From: a virus
Direction: 5' to 3' (one strand)
IMG/VR virus record: IMGVR_UViG_3300021142_000021
Coordinates: 1-64,000 of that record
Length of the DNA stretch: 64,000 nucleotides
Part shown: in pieces, positions 30,001 through 40,148 of the stretch
How positions within the stretch are numbered: position 1 is the stretch's first letter
Layout of the letters: the number at the start of each line of letters is the position of its first letter
Translations under genes and position numbers: made by a program
Notes under the pieces: generated by a model
The model's database searches: none
The model's input: the letters and a program-made list of their open reading frames with translations, nothing else
What the model was told of the DNA's origin: nothing

Positions 30001-33000
30001 TAATACAATACAAATTTAGACATCAATATTATCTACCACTAAGAGTGGAATCAGTTAAGTCTGGATATTTTAGACAAACTCGCTATTCAAGGCAAGAATA
30101 CCTTGGTGTAACAGAATCATACCTAAATAAGTGGGCATCTAAGAATCGTGCCAATTATCGTGCCAATGATTGGTATTCAGCGAGCCTAGATCCCGCAGTA
30201 GTACCGAGTTTTGTTCCGGGCTCTGGTAATATTTGGAAACTATATAATTACAGCTACGCAGTAAATGCAACGACACAGCCATTAAATCTACCAGGTAATT
30301 GGAAAGGTATTTTTCAATATTACTATGATACCATCTATCCAGATACTCGTCCTTGGGAGATGTTAGGATTTAGTGAACAACCGGTGTGGTGGGTTGATCA
30401 ATATGGTACAGACTGGTCTTCTATCAATGCATTACTTTGGGCAGACTTAGAACACGGCATTATCCGCCAGGGACCTTGTGCTATCTATGATCCTGTAACT
30501 TTATTACCACAAGAGCAGCCTATGTGGGCAAGACCCGGACTATCAGCAATTATTCCTGTAGATGCTGCCGGAGAGATTATCCCCGCAATGACTATATTTG
30601 ATATTGCTTTCTCTGGTAACTATTATGAGCCATTTGATCACTTTGATGCAGAATGGAAATATGGCGATGGTTCACCAGTTGAACAAGCTTGGATGTCAAC
30701 ATCTGCATATGCATTTAGTGTACAAGAATTCTTATTCCTGATGAGACTGGCACCATATGGAGAATTATTGTGGGACACAGTTGGCACAGAACTATCTTCT
30801 GGTATGATAACAGACCCATTAGTATTTTTTCCGGATCCTGTACCCGAATTACCAGTAATGTCAACTTCTAATTGGCAATTTGTACAAAATGATACATTTA
30901 CGAGTGCTGATCCATTCTTTGCATGGATGCGTCCAAAAAATGCAGATCAAATTGTTCACGCCGAAACAGTCAATAATGTAGTGCAAATTAGATACGGATA
31001 TCAACGCTGGATTAGTGATAGAATTCTTTTCTTAGGAAAAGATATTACCACCACATTTGGCCAAAAGGTTAGAACACTTGATGTAAATCTTGCGAATAAA
31101 CTAGCAGGATTCACCAATAAAGACACAACTAATCTCTATATCGAGTCAGTCAGCCCTAACGCTACTACAACCAGTTTAATTATACCCTCGACTAATTTTC
31201 AGTGTATTCTTCATAAGAGTCCGGTAGTAGACACCTACTCATATAGCGGTGTCATTATTCGCGCACTAGCCGATGGCACATTTGCTGTCTATGGTTATGA
31301 TTTATTGAATGCAGAATTTACAGTATTTGATCGTTCAGATGCCACATTGATAGATGTATCAATCGGTGGAACTCCTGCACCTTTCTTATATTTTACGGCA
31401 GGTGCTACATACAATCAGGGAGATATTGTTAGATACAATGGTGTATATTATGTAAGTCTAGTTACTCAGACAGTACAGAAATTTATATCAAAAGGTTATC
31501 AGAAATTAAAGAGCCTACCCATTATCGGCGGAGTCTCTGCAATCTATAAGCCGGCATCTTTAGCGACTATTACAAAAATTCCATACGGATCTATCTTAAA
31601 GACAGCACAAGAAGTATTTGATTTAATGATCGGTTATCAGGCATACCTAGAATCAAGAGGATGGCAATTTCAAGATGTAAACCAAGATACAAACATATTA
31701 AGCGATTGGTTATATTGTGCAAAACAATTCCTGTTCTGGATAAACACAAATTGGGCGCCTGATGCATCAATACAATTAAGCCCATTAGCAAATAGTGCAA
31801 CACTTATTGTTTCTCATGGATATCCTAACGATGTAGAATCGTTATCAAATGGTGTATACAGTATACTAGACAAATATGGTGTAGCTATTCCGCCTAATAA
31901 TACTACAACTAATAGAGATGCTCGACTTATTACTGTTGAACCAACCACACTATCTTCGGGTGGCATATTTTATCTACAAGTTAACACATCTGAAACAGAA
32001 CACATTATCATAATCGATAATACGACAAGTTTCAACGATACTGTTTATTCACCGTTATTGAGCGCAAGACAACAACGTCTACGATTCAACGGCTTTAGAA
32101 GCAATGGCTGGTACGGTAAAATGGAAGCACCTGGTTATCTTGTTATCAACAGTCAACTTGTTCCTAACTTTGATACAATCGTAGATAGTATGAGATATTT
32201 CTATGATCCAAATATTGTAATTGATAATCCGAGTCTTGAAGCGTTAGGTCATCATTTAATCGGCTACGAAAGTAAGAGTTACCTTGATAATCTTCAGGTA
32301 GCTAATAATATTCAATATCTATTCTATCAGGGCGCTATTAGACAGAAAGGCACTACCCAGGCTTTCGATAAACTATTTAGATCTACCAAAGTTCAGAGCA
32401 ACGAAATTATTCAGGTGTTTGAAGAATGGGCATTAAAATTGGGAGAGTTCGGTAATACAATCGAACAGGTATCTACTGAATTTATTCTACAACCAGAGCA
32501 GAATACCGGAGAGGTTGTTGTTGCGCGGTTAAATTATATTCCTTCTACAATCGGGTTTGTAAAACAGATCAGCATATTAAATGCAGTGAATACATATGTA
32601 ACAGTACCTAAGGTTATAATTAGTGCACCTGACGCAAGTCCTTCGGATCCTAATCTAACAGAAGCATTACGCCAAGCTAAGGCATATATTGTGCTCAGTG
32701 CAACAGGACAAATTTCTCGCGTAGATATTACAGATCCGGGTTATGGATATCTACAGAGCCCTGTAATTAGTATTGATTCATCACCAACAATATTCTCTAT
32801 ACCAGACCAACTTTACAGCGTATGGCAAGGCTCAATTATAAGCGACAATGTTTTAGATAACATCATTAATATAGATATTGATCAAACAGATGTGTGGACT
32901 GTTCGTCCTGCAGATCCGGCATATTCTTTAGAGTTCCCTGTAACACCACAAATTAATTATTCCTTACCTAATGCAGGATATGTAAATTTTAATGATATTA

Positions 33001-36000
33001 CGTGGACGTCTTTCGATGTAACTCAAACAGCAGTAAATTGGGGAACTGCCTCCTTGAACCCTGGTGTAAATGACACAGTCTGGGTCGCTAAGAATTTCAT
33101 CGAAGATTGGTCCGTCTATAAAATGGCAGAATTTACTGAAAATTGGATAGTTACCAAAGACAATAATGATGATTTATTATTATTAACTGATTACGGCGTA
33201 GTATCTACATTATCGGTTCTTGTGGTGCAAGCCGGCCAGGCTACTGCAACTGCAGAGCTTATTGGGACAGCCATATTAACAGTTACACCCTCCAACACTG
33301 GCGGGTATTATTATACAATACCGTCGGTTAGTATATTCAATACCAACGGGGCTGCACCAACAACATTGGCCGAGGTAACAGCAATATTATCGGAAGGATC
33401 CAAGGGTATTATTACAGGCTATACAGTCAGTGTTTCGGGTGCAGGTTATACAACACCGGAAGTCCTTATAGATGCGGCACCGCCAGCACTAGGTAGTGGG
33501 GCAGTATTAGAGCCAGTAGTCGATCGGTACGGTCGCATCGTCTCTGTTAATATTATCGAAGCAGGTATCGATTATACTGTTGTCAATACCGTTATTGCAG
33601 CAAGAGCAATACCTGGCTCACTATCAGATATTGATGCAACATTCTCAATTACAACAAGCGTAGTCGGTGAAATTCTTACAGTAGAAGTTATGAATAAGCC
33701 CGGTAACACTCACGGTTTACCAGTTAATTCCGGCTATGCACCTGTTGCCAATGTAACTATTATTCCAGAGTTATGGAATTCGGTAGTCGGTGATAGAACC
33801 GACTTCGGTAACATGATTGTTCTACAACAGGTCATTGATGGAACACCAGTTGGTTCTAATAATTACACAGTTGGCATTCTACCGTATACCACTACAGATT
33901 ATAACGACCCGGGCACATATACAGACCCTGATACTCTTATAACATATAATGCATATTATCTAACAACATTAGCTGGTGTGAATATAACTTCTTCTGATAT
34001 TGGTAACTATGCTGATTTCACAGATATGTTATTATATAAGACTATGCGATTCCCTGTCACGCCAGACTGGGGATATCCTCCATCGTATATTCAGTATAAT
34101 GATAAAATTTGGGTAGATGATGTAGATGGTAAATGGAATGTATTAACTTGGTTATTTGTATATGAATGGGGTATTTTAACACCATTTAGGCAACAAGAAC
34201 CCCTAATCAATACTTCGTTATTTGAGAGTGCAAGTATATTTGCGTCAGATACAAGAAATGAATTAATTCAACTACCCATCTATGATCCGTTTAAGTCTAT
34301 ACTACCGGGCCCTGCAAAACAGAATATTGCATATATATCTGAGCAAGATCCTGCCAGTTACAATGTCACAGCTGACGCAACATTGTTCAGTGAAAACATA
34401 ACTTTCGCTAATAGACAAGTTGGTCAATTATGGTGGGATCTATCATCCACTAGATATACTTATTATGAACAACCTCGTTCTTTAAAAATGGAGAACGGGA
34501 CATTAGTTTATGATGAAACTGCATTAGATAACTTAGTTTATAGAAGAAACAATTGGGGACAACTTTTCCCGGGTAGTATCATTGCGATTTATGAATGGGT
34601 ACAGAGTTCTGTACCACCAGCACTCTATACCGGGACAGGAACACCGAGAGATATAACAACATATGTTCAGGTAACGACATCAAATAGATTTACTAGTGCC
34701 ACGGTTACCAATTATTATTTCTGGGTCTTGAACACAACCGATAAACCAAATATCGAAAATAGAACAATGGCAGCGCAAGACGTTGCTCTTATGTTGCAAT
34801 CTCCAATGAGTCAAGGTTTTGCATTCTTCTGTCCAATTCAACAAACATCTACAAACAATTCGTATATATTTTATAATGTACAAAATATCCTCTCATATCA
34901 GGGTGATAATGTACAGATACAATACAGACTTGCAGAGAGAAACGATCAGAAGCATACCCAGTGGGCATTCTTTAGAGAAGGTGACCCTGCATCTATTATA
35001 ACAGATCAATTCTGGAACAAGATGGTTGATAGTTTATGCGGATACTCGGCATTATTACCGGCAACGGGTGAATCTATAGATGGAATTCCTACATGGACTT
35101 CATTACCGTGGGATAGTGCCGGTTGGGATACATCTTTCTGGGATAATGCAGACTATGGTGTAATTTTACCAGTACCTGATCCAAAGTTAAGCGAAGGTGA
35201 AAAATACGGCATCGATTATAGACCACGTCAGGGAATGTTTGTAAACTTACCTTCAGCAAGACAAATATTCACACAGGCTGCAAATCAATTACTTGTGTAT
35301 ATACCTATACGTGATAATAATCCGGGATGGGGTGCATCGATACCTACCTGGAACTTAACAACATCTACTGATATTTACTATGGTATATATTGGACATATA
35401 CCGACTGGTATGCGGTTGGTTACGAGAATGTAACACCGAATATTGTATTCCAAACTTTACAGAATGCTAAGGATGCATTGACAGCTGGATTACTTAAAGT
35501 AGAAGATATTGTTGAAGTATCTAATGGCACAACTGATGGACGTTGGGCACTATATGCAGTTTCTCAACTTAATCCCAATATTCCTGTACTTAGCCTAACG
35601 CTTGTCGGTATTGAAAGTAGTGCTATTAATTTAATGAATTCAATATATACAACTACCGGTGTATATAGTCTTTCAACGGAACTTAGAGCATTATTAAATG
35701 CATTCAGATTAGAGGTAATGGTTGACGCATTTATTGTAGATCAGAATGAACTATTCTTCTCTATGATGAATTATGTAATGAGTGAGCAGAAAAATCCAAA
35801 CTGGTTATTTAAATCATCTTATATCTATGTTAAGGAAAATAACATACCATTGACACAAACTCAATTATATGTCCCTGATCAGATTACTAATATCCTGCAA
35901 TTTATTACTGATTCTAAACCATATCATACTCAGATTAGAGACTACACCAGCACATATCTTACTACTGATATTGCAGCTGGTACGGCAATAGATAGTCACA

Positions 36001-37178
36001 AATGGAATATCCAATTGCAAATTGGCCCAGATTATCCTGGTTTATCTTATGATACACCATCTTATATTTTAGATGCACAAACATTTATTGACAACATAGA
36101 TCAATTTGTTTCAAGAGAAGATGTATATACCGTACCATTAACTTTCTACGATTCAAGTAAGGTAGGGTATTCGGCATTATTTCCTTATACATTTAACTTC
36201 AATGATATAAATTTAAGTAATCCACAAAATATTGTCACACCGTATAATATAGTTGGAATTCAGATAGGTACGACTGTTCTACTATATGGGCAAGATTATT
36301 ATGTCGGGGATAACGATAATACAACATTTACTGTTTATTTCTATAATGATCCAGGAACTTCACCTACGCCAGTTGCACTTGTATGGTTTGATGGTGGTCA
36401 ACTATTAACAATGAATTCAGGCACTCATAAAGATGAAATTGCAAGAGGTTTCGCGACAGATGATCTAGTTATTAATGTTGATACAAGATTACCTGCCGAT
36501 ATATCAACTGGTATACCGACAGCATATGTAGGATGGGGAGATACCTGGGATTCTATCGCAAACCCTATAGCTCAAGCACTTGTAGATGCTGGCGGATCAG
36601 CAAGTATACCGTGGGACCCGGTGTTGGTACTAGAAATATTACCTAATACAATTAGCTCTAAGGAAAATTCAAATGATAGAGATGGTGCCAATTTCTATAG
36701 AAATGCAGAAATAGACTCAGCAACATTGGTATATGATTTATTGGCACCACAAGAACCTAATGAAAATATAGAAGTTATTACAGTGCTAGATATTAATCAT
36801 GTACTACCGGATCCGGGCGCAGATCACGGCACCATATGGATAGGTGGTGAAAGAATTGAATATAGAGTAAAAGAATTAGTTGCAACAAATACGTGGGAAC
36901 TCAAACTGATACAGAGAGGGACAATGGGTACATCAGCAACAGAACATACAGTTTTGATTCCTAGTCTAGCAGATCCGTTAGTCTTAGTGCCGAATCCAGT
37001 ATGGGTTGAGAGAAGCAATTACATGCCAACAACCTCTGATGTTGATGTGTGGAATGCATACGACACTACACCAAATGGGTCCGATAATATTACATCCGTT
37101 CCGATAGGTGGACTATGGTACGCACAGACACCGGAAGCCGTGTTCTTAAAACAAGAACAGGGCGTGAGTATACCTTAA
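27048..37178 (+). CDS. Giant virion structural protein, baseplate wedge gp7-like (3376 aa)
   Basis: Follows gp6. N-terminal LPAVFQT, QKGT and KPYHT motifs, I-x-V-x3-G-x-GY repeats, and C-terminal IGGERIEY...IQRGTMGT. Confidence 0.7.
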   Translation: MTQYIKKLPAVFQTVTETKFFDATFDQIFSKRDSDLLAGYLGRRVAGNYNPVTDFYLPEPNKNRTWWQLEATAYAQDASSNKTNIFFYEDLLDNIEYYGGNILNQDRLFESEYYSFGPPIDYDMFINYQNYYWVEQGLTTITITGVTGADIIGKPSFNTNDVSGATPANLTITTGMSISLADDPLYSASHTVENIGGCIGIQLVPQFPDYTPGTIFEFLPWDGSILLSTGRIIDNTNWDASTWDTQTQPLAGDYITIERGSIDRNAWSRTNKWFHIDAITATIAATTTSFPVNATRALRPIIQFIADLTLFKSGTQFRADINYGFADISANVPILLATYQGVQASIVNAALGTDFVGGELVCFFNDKTTFGVWDISRWETPPGSWDAGNGVINDYIFQTSILPGGQIIFSPYTAWSTPILEGDILFITEDGPYNSALRGSTWYYSLGTWQEAHNDKISVNQPPEFQLYDHNGIGLDNPVTYPASTFNGSKIFSYKVDTTPGVTTDPVLGFGIIYTALGQASDIVFQNNLITDRYTYQTAELPINGYYYYKAVTDPVLYNNWNLYQPCPCNITPTPPANCLETSKQRVIDKFIIGYVSEFQFKLSVTPYGYTFGAGDIQPTADLSVSVNGNQIQNKIGGFIFSEINNSVYVDLTAYITNLLTTTQTQAPVVEVQTYTQGLLDPLAPGYFAIPQQLEANPNQLEISEISGSNLTEHFASIIANQIGEIGIAFGGNNNYRDTRKNRSVGTYILQNVAPVLKTMLVSSEDDLDFIAGERFSQDEYTKFKNKYLKTALQLINQGFNPVQYHNNTIVVSAWVEEILKVVNISNEFSNAFAYSYMIANGSAYLNETNNVPVSGLLTLTNYIDLSDARNALYIYDVTGQETLLVIGEDYEIVSMNPITVQFTANVPAGSAVVANLYKNPLPAYIPSTPSKIGAYPTYLPRMEWDTSYINPTNVIIGHDGSKTIAYGDYRDQLLLELEKRIYNLIQYKFRHQYYLPLRVESVKSGYFRQTRYSRQEYLGVTESYLNKWASKNRANYRANDWYSASLDPAVVPSFVPGSGNIWKLYNYSYAVNATTQPLNLPGNWKGIFQYYYDTIYPDTRPWEMLGFSEQPVWWVDQYGTDWSSINALLWADLEHGIIRQGPCAIYDPVTLLPQEQPMWARPGLSAIIPVDAAGEIIPAMTIFDIAFSGNYYEPFDHFDAEWKYGDGSPVEQAWMSTSAYAFSVQEFLFLMRLAPYGELLWDTVGTELSSGMITDPLVFFPDPVPELPVMSTSNWQFVQNDTFTSADPFFAWMRPKNADQIVHAETVNNVVQIRYGYQRWISDRILFLGKDITTTFGQKVRTLDVNLANKLAGFTNKDTTNLYIESVSPNATTTSLIIPSTNFQCILHKSPVVDTYSYSGVIIRALADGTFAVYGYDLLNAEFTVFDRSDATLIDVSIGGTPAPFLYFTAGATYNQGDIVRYNGVYYVSLVTQTVQKFISKGYQKLKSLPIIGGVSAIYKPASLATITKIPYGSILKTAQEVFDLMIGYQAYLESRGWQFQDVNQDTNILSDWLYCAKQFLFWINTNWAPDASIQLSPLANSATLIVSHGYPNDVESLSNGVYSILDKYGVAIPPNNTTTNRDARLITVEPTTLSSGGIFYLQVNTSETEHIIIIDNTTSFNDTVYSPLLSARQQRLRFNGFRSNGWYGKMEAPGYLVINSQLVPNFDTIVDSMRYFYDPNIVIDNPSLEALGHHLIGYESKSYLDNLQVANNIQYLFYQGAIRQKGTTQAFDKLFRSTKVQSNEIIQVFEEWALKLGEFGNTIEQVSTEFILQPEQNTGEVVVARLNYIPSTIGFVKQISILNAVNTYVTVPKVIISAPDASPSDPNLTEALRQAKAYIVLSATGQISRVDITDPGYGYLQSPVISIDSSPTIFSIPDQLYSVWQGSIISDNVLDNIINIDIDQTDVWTVRPADPAYSLEFPVTPQINYSLPNAGYVNFNDITWTSFDVTQTAVNWGTASLNPGVNDTVWVAKNFIEDWSVYKMAEFTENWIVTKDNNDDLLLLTDYGVVSTLSVLVVQAGQATATAELIGTAILTVTPSNTGGYYYTIPSVSIFNTNGAAPTTLAEVTAILSEGSKGIITGYTVSVSGAGYTTPEVLIDAAPPALGSGAVLEPVVDRYGRIVSVNIIEAGIDYTVVNTVIAARAIPGSLSDIDATFSITTSVVGEILTVEVMNKPGNTHGLPVNSGYAPVANVTIIPELWNSVVGDRTDFGNMIVLQQVIDGTPVGSNNYTVGILPYTTTDYNDPGTYTDPDTLITYNAYYLTTLAGVNITSSDIGNYADFTDMLLYKTMRFPVTPDWGYPPSYIQYNDKIWVDDVDGKWNVLTWLFVYEWGILTPFRQQEPLINTSLFESASIFASDTRNELIQLPIYDPFKSILPGPAKQNIAYISEQDPASYNVTADATLFSENITFANRQVGQLWWDLSSTRYTYYEQPRSLKMENGTLVYDETALDNLVYRRNNWGQLFPGSIIAIYEWVQSSVPPALYTGTGTPRDITTYVQVTTSNRFTSATVTNYYFWVLNTTDKPNIENRTMAAQDVALMLQSPMSQGFAFFCPIQQTSTNNSYIFYNVQNILSYQGDNVQIQYRLAERNDQKHTQWAFFREGDPASIITDQFWNKMVDSLCGYSALLPATGESIDGIPTWTSLPWDSAGWDTSFWDNADYGVILPVPDPKLSEGEKYGIDYRPRQGMFVNLPSARQIFTQAANQLLVYIPIRDNNPGWGASIPTWNLTTSTDIYYGIYWTYTDWYAVGYENVTPNIVFQTLQNAKDALTAGLLKVEDIVEVSNGTTDGRWALYAVSQLNPNIPVLSLTLVGIESSAINLMNSIYTTTGVYSLSTELRALLNAFRLEVMVDAFIVDQNELFFSMMNYVMSEQKNPNWLFKSSYIYVKENNIPLTQTQLYVPDQITNILQFITDSKPYHTQIRDYTSTYLTTDIAAGTAIDSHKWNIQLQIGPDYPGLSYDTPSYILDAQTFIDNIDQFVSREDVYTVPLTFYDSSKVGYSALFPYTFNFNDINLSNPQNIVTPYNIVGIQIGTTVLLYGQDYYVGDNDNTTFTVYFYNDPGTSPTPVALVWFDGGQLLTMNSGTHKDEIARGFATDDLVINVDTRLPADISTGIPTAYVGWGDTWDSIANPIAQALVDAGGSASIPWDPVLVLEILPNTISSKENSNDRDGANFYRNAEIDSATLVYDLLAPQEPNENIEVITVLDINHVLPDPGADHGTIWIGGERIEYRVKELVATNTWELKLIQRGTMGTSATEHTVLIPSLADPLVLVPNPVWVERSNYMPTTSDVDVWNAYDTTPNGSDNITSVPIGGLWYAQTPEAVFLKQEQGVSIP

Positions 37179-37196
37179 TAAACTAAGTAGATAATA

Positions 37197-37349
37197 ATGA
37201 TGATAAATAATGAAAGTAATGATAGAGAGCAGGCACCTGAACCTAAAAAAGATAGCGGTATCGTTGATACAGCGCACATGGACGTTCAATGTCATTTGAT
37301 AATAAAAGATAAAGATACTGGTGAAGTGCTAGTAAATAAAAGGGGTTAA
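37197..37349 (+). CDS. Small hypothetical protein (50 aa, not in ORF track)
   Basis: MMINNESNDREQAPEPKKDSGIVDTAHMDVQCHLIIKDKDTGEVLVNKRG* fills the gap, and its tail resembles the N-terminus of the next protein. Confidence 0.65.
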   Translation: MMINNESNDREQAPEPKKDSGIVDTAHMDVQCHLIIKDKDTGEVLVNKRG

Positions 37350-37350
37350 G

Positions 37351-38121
37351 ATGCAAGATATTTTTCGTGCTTCCATCCAGGGTTTCGTTAAGATTATAGA
37401 CAAAGATACTAAAGAAGTACTAGTAGATACACATAACGACGTCCTTTATGGAAATATGTCGGCTGCGCTGGCACACGCATTAATTGGTAATTCTGATAGT
37501 TTCTTGTACTATATGGGGTTTGGTAATGGTGGTGCATACATTGGGACGACCGGAACTATATCATATAAACCATCTTTAGGTGGTACAGGGAGTCTAATTA
37601 AGAATCCTACGGCTAATTTATATAATACAATCTATGTAAAAAAACTATCAAACGATTCAACAGACACACCGAGTTATGATCAACTATCAAGAGCATATAT
37701 TTCAGCTGAAAATTATGCAACAAATTACGAAGATATTATCGTGGATGTTACAATCGGTTATAGTGAACCACCGGTAGGAATTACTGCTTCTACTATTATT
37801 CAGCAGACTGCTTTAGATAATTCTACATTTGTAGGAAATAGTTCTATAGTTAACAGTGGTGCCGCAACAGACTTCACAGCAAACCAACTTGTATTTAATG
37901 AGATTGGATTATTTGCAGGTTCTAATAACTTATTTGTTGGCGGGTTTACCCAAAATATATCTGATGTTGATAATTTTATTACACAGACTCCTAATTTTTC
38001 AACTACGCCCGGTGCGAAGTCTAAATTAATGCTTACTCACGTTATCTTTCACCCAATACAGAAATCTGCTAATAGATCACTTGAAATCGTATATACCCTT
38101 AGAATACAAATGGGTGCATAA
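37351..38121 (+). CDS. Virion structural protein (baseplate/tail)
   Basis: VFNEIGLF...LTHVIFHPIQKSANRSLEIVYTLRI; position in the structural operon. Confidence 0.65.
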   Translation: MQDIFRASIQGFVKIIDKDTKEVLVDTHNDVLYGNMSAALAHALIGNSDSFLYYMGFGNGGAYIGTTGTISYKPSLGGTGSLIKNPTANLYNTIYVKKLSNDSTDTPSYDQLSRAYISAENYATNYEDIIVDVTIGYSEPPVGITASTIIQQTALDNSTFVGNSSIVNSGAATDFTANQLVFNEIGLFAGSNNLFVGGFTQNISDVDNFITQTPNFSTTPGAKSKLMLTHVIFHPIQKSANRSLEIVYTLRIQMGA

Positions 38122-38155
38122 GTGATAAATAACAAAACAAAGGAATTTTAAGTAT

Positions 38156-38734
38156 ATGGCATATACAATTCATAAATCAGATGGTACCGCAGTAACGGTC
38201 CCCGATAATGCAATCGATCTTGCATATTACAATCAATCCGGTGGAACTACAGGGTTAGGTCAAGGTACACAATTAGTTGGTAGAAATACAATTGACTACG
38301 GTGCACCTATTGCACAAAATTTCTTGCAAATGGTAGAAAATTTCGCAAGTTCTACAGGATTCTTTCCTAGTGATGCAACAGCATTACAAGGTCAGCTATG
38401 GTTTAATAAAACTCTTGGTGCTTTATATGTGAGAACAACTGGTGCCACATCAGGTGGAATAGCAAACTGGCAACAAATTGTTACATTAGACGCTACAGGT
38501 AATTCTACAATTAATGGAAATTTACAAGTTAACGGAACTGAAAATATTACTAGTGACCTAACGGTAGATGGATCAATCACAGCAGAAGGTGGATTACACG
38601 TGCCTGTGATATTTACTGCCTTACCTGTCTTACCACAAGTGGCACTAAATGGTGATATGATGGTTGTCGGTTCGGTTATATCGATTTATGCCGGTGGTGC
38701 ATGGAATCAGATCTTCCCAGCAATCTATTCTTAA
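38156..38734 (+). CDS. Tail-fibre/baseplate-associated structural protein
   Basis: LVGRNTIDYG...NFLQMVENFA...LQGQLWFN. Late promoter TGATAAATA at 38123-38131. Confidence 0.65.
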   Translation: MAYTIHKSDGTAVTVPDNAIDLAYYNQSGGTTGLGQGTQLVGRNTIDYGAPIAQNFLQMVENFASSTGFFPSDATALQGQLWFNKTLGALYVRTTGATSGGIANWQQIVTLDATGNSTINGNLQVNGTENITSDLTVDGSITAEGGLHVPVIFTALPVLPQVALNGDMMVVGSVISIYAGGAWNQIFPAIYS

Positions 38735-38747
38735 GGTGGAAAGATAA

Positions 38748-39722
38748 ATGACCTACCAACAATACGGCACAATACAGGCTTCAACATATAATGCATTTTC
38801 AGCTATCGCGAATAGCATTTATGCAGATACAAATGCGGGCACAACTTCATATACAAGCGCATCTTATGGGTATGGTCAAACTGCCTTATCCACCTCCATA
38901 GCAAGCGGCGCAAAAGTACAAGCGGCTGAATGGGCGGCATTATTTTCTGATATATCGAAATGTGGAAATCACCAAGGCACTACTGTTGTACCGCCATTAC
39001 CTGGAGTCGGACCAGGATGGCCTGCGCCAGTGACTGGATCTACTACTCTACCTGTTGCCGGTAGTGCTATTACAGCATATAATAGTCCAGCTGGCGCACT
39101 TACGACATTACTTAATACTCTTATCACAAATAGATTTAATTTGTATGCAGGTCAGACTTCTGTCGTAAATATGCCATCAACACCTTTTGCAGCACCTTCT
39201 TGGACACATACGTTAACATATACATTCACAGCAACTTTTAGTGACTGGGATCATGCTAGATATTTCTTCAATGCCGGCGGCGCAATTTATATCTCTGGTG
39301 CTCACCCAGGTGTATCTGGTGATGATGCCGAATGGAACGGAATGTTAACCAGTATGAGTCCTTTAGTGTTTAATTATGGTGCCACAACACCAAATACCGG
39401 GACTCCTGGATCTATCGGAGGATTCTGGAACACAGGAACTACAAATCCGTTAACATCAGCATATCAAACAATATATACGCAAACATATGCTCTTTCACCA
39501 TATTCTGGAAGTTATATCCAAGTAAATGCTAAATTAGGTGCTGCCGCCGGATCAGCAGGTACTACGGTAATTACATTCCAGGTAGTCTTCTTCCAGGCAG
39601 ATTCGGGAACACTTTTTGCTGCAAAGACAGGAACTACAATGACACCAGCATACAGAAATTCTGCAGGTGCGGTTCCTACAACTGCACCTGTACTTGCAAG
39701 TCTAGGATTTGTTGCTACCTAA
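38748..39722 (+). CDS. Ser/Thr/Gly-rich virion structural protein
   Basis: YGYGQ and ARYFFNAGG motifs; composition and position in the structural operon. Confidence 0.6.
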   Translation: MTYQQYGTIQASTYNAFSAIANSIYADTNAGTTSYTSASYGYGQTALSTSIASGAKVQAAEWAALFSDISKCGNHQGTTVVPPLPGVGPGWPAPVTGSTTLPVAGSAITAYNSPAGALTTLLNTLITNRFNLYAGQTSVVNMPSTPFAAPSWTHTLTYTFTATFSDWDHARYFFNAGGAIYISGAHPGVSGDDAEWNGMLTSMSPLVFNYGATTPNTGTPGSIGGFWNTGTTNPLTSAYQTIYTQTYALSPYSGSYIQVNAKLGAAAGSAGTTVITFQVVFFQADSGTLFAAKTGTTMTPAYRNSAGAVPTTAPVLASLGFVAT

Positions 39723-39741
39723 ATAATAGATCACATCCTAC

Positions 39742-39785
39742 AAGCCTCCGTTAACACTATAGATAAATAGAGCAAACGGAGGTTT
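39742..39785 (+). promoter_or_regulatory. RBS-sequestering hairpin with a late promoter in its loop
   Basis: AAGCCTCCGTT (39742-39752) pairs with AACGGAGGTTT (39775-39785), which contains the SD GGAGG. GATAAATA lies at 39762-39769. Confidence 0.7.
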
Positions 39786-39788
39786 TCC

Positions 39789-40148
39789 ATGGAAGAAAGA
39801 TTACAACAAGCACTAGAGTTTGCTAACTATAGACAAACTCTCAACAACCAACTCCACAAAGTAAAAGTTAAAGCCGAGGGGCTTCTAATGTTTGCTAAGA
39901 ACGGAGGCAATTTTACTGTTAATCAAGAACTAATTTGTTTCTTAGATTATCTAGTACGCACTGGAGTAACTGAAGCAAATATATTAGACATTGATAATAC
40001 TCCTGTTAAAATTGAAGATATTGCTAGTTTTTCTAAAGATATAACACGAAGATATTTTGAAGTAACAGATGATTACCTAAGAGAGTATCAGTCCATTAGA
40101 AAATTAAGAAATGTTAAATCTATTATCGGTGTAAAGGTTGAAGAATGA
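39789..40148 (+). CDS. Hypothetical protein
   Basis: 119-aa ORF with strong SD; first gene of the coupled operon. Confidence 0.8.
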   Translation: MEERLQQALEFANYRQTLNNQLHKVKVKAEGLLMFAKNGGNFTVNQELICFLDYLVRTGVTEANILDIDNTPVKIEDIASFSKDITRRYFEVTDDYLREYQSIRKLRNVKSIIGVKVEE

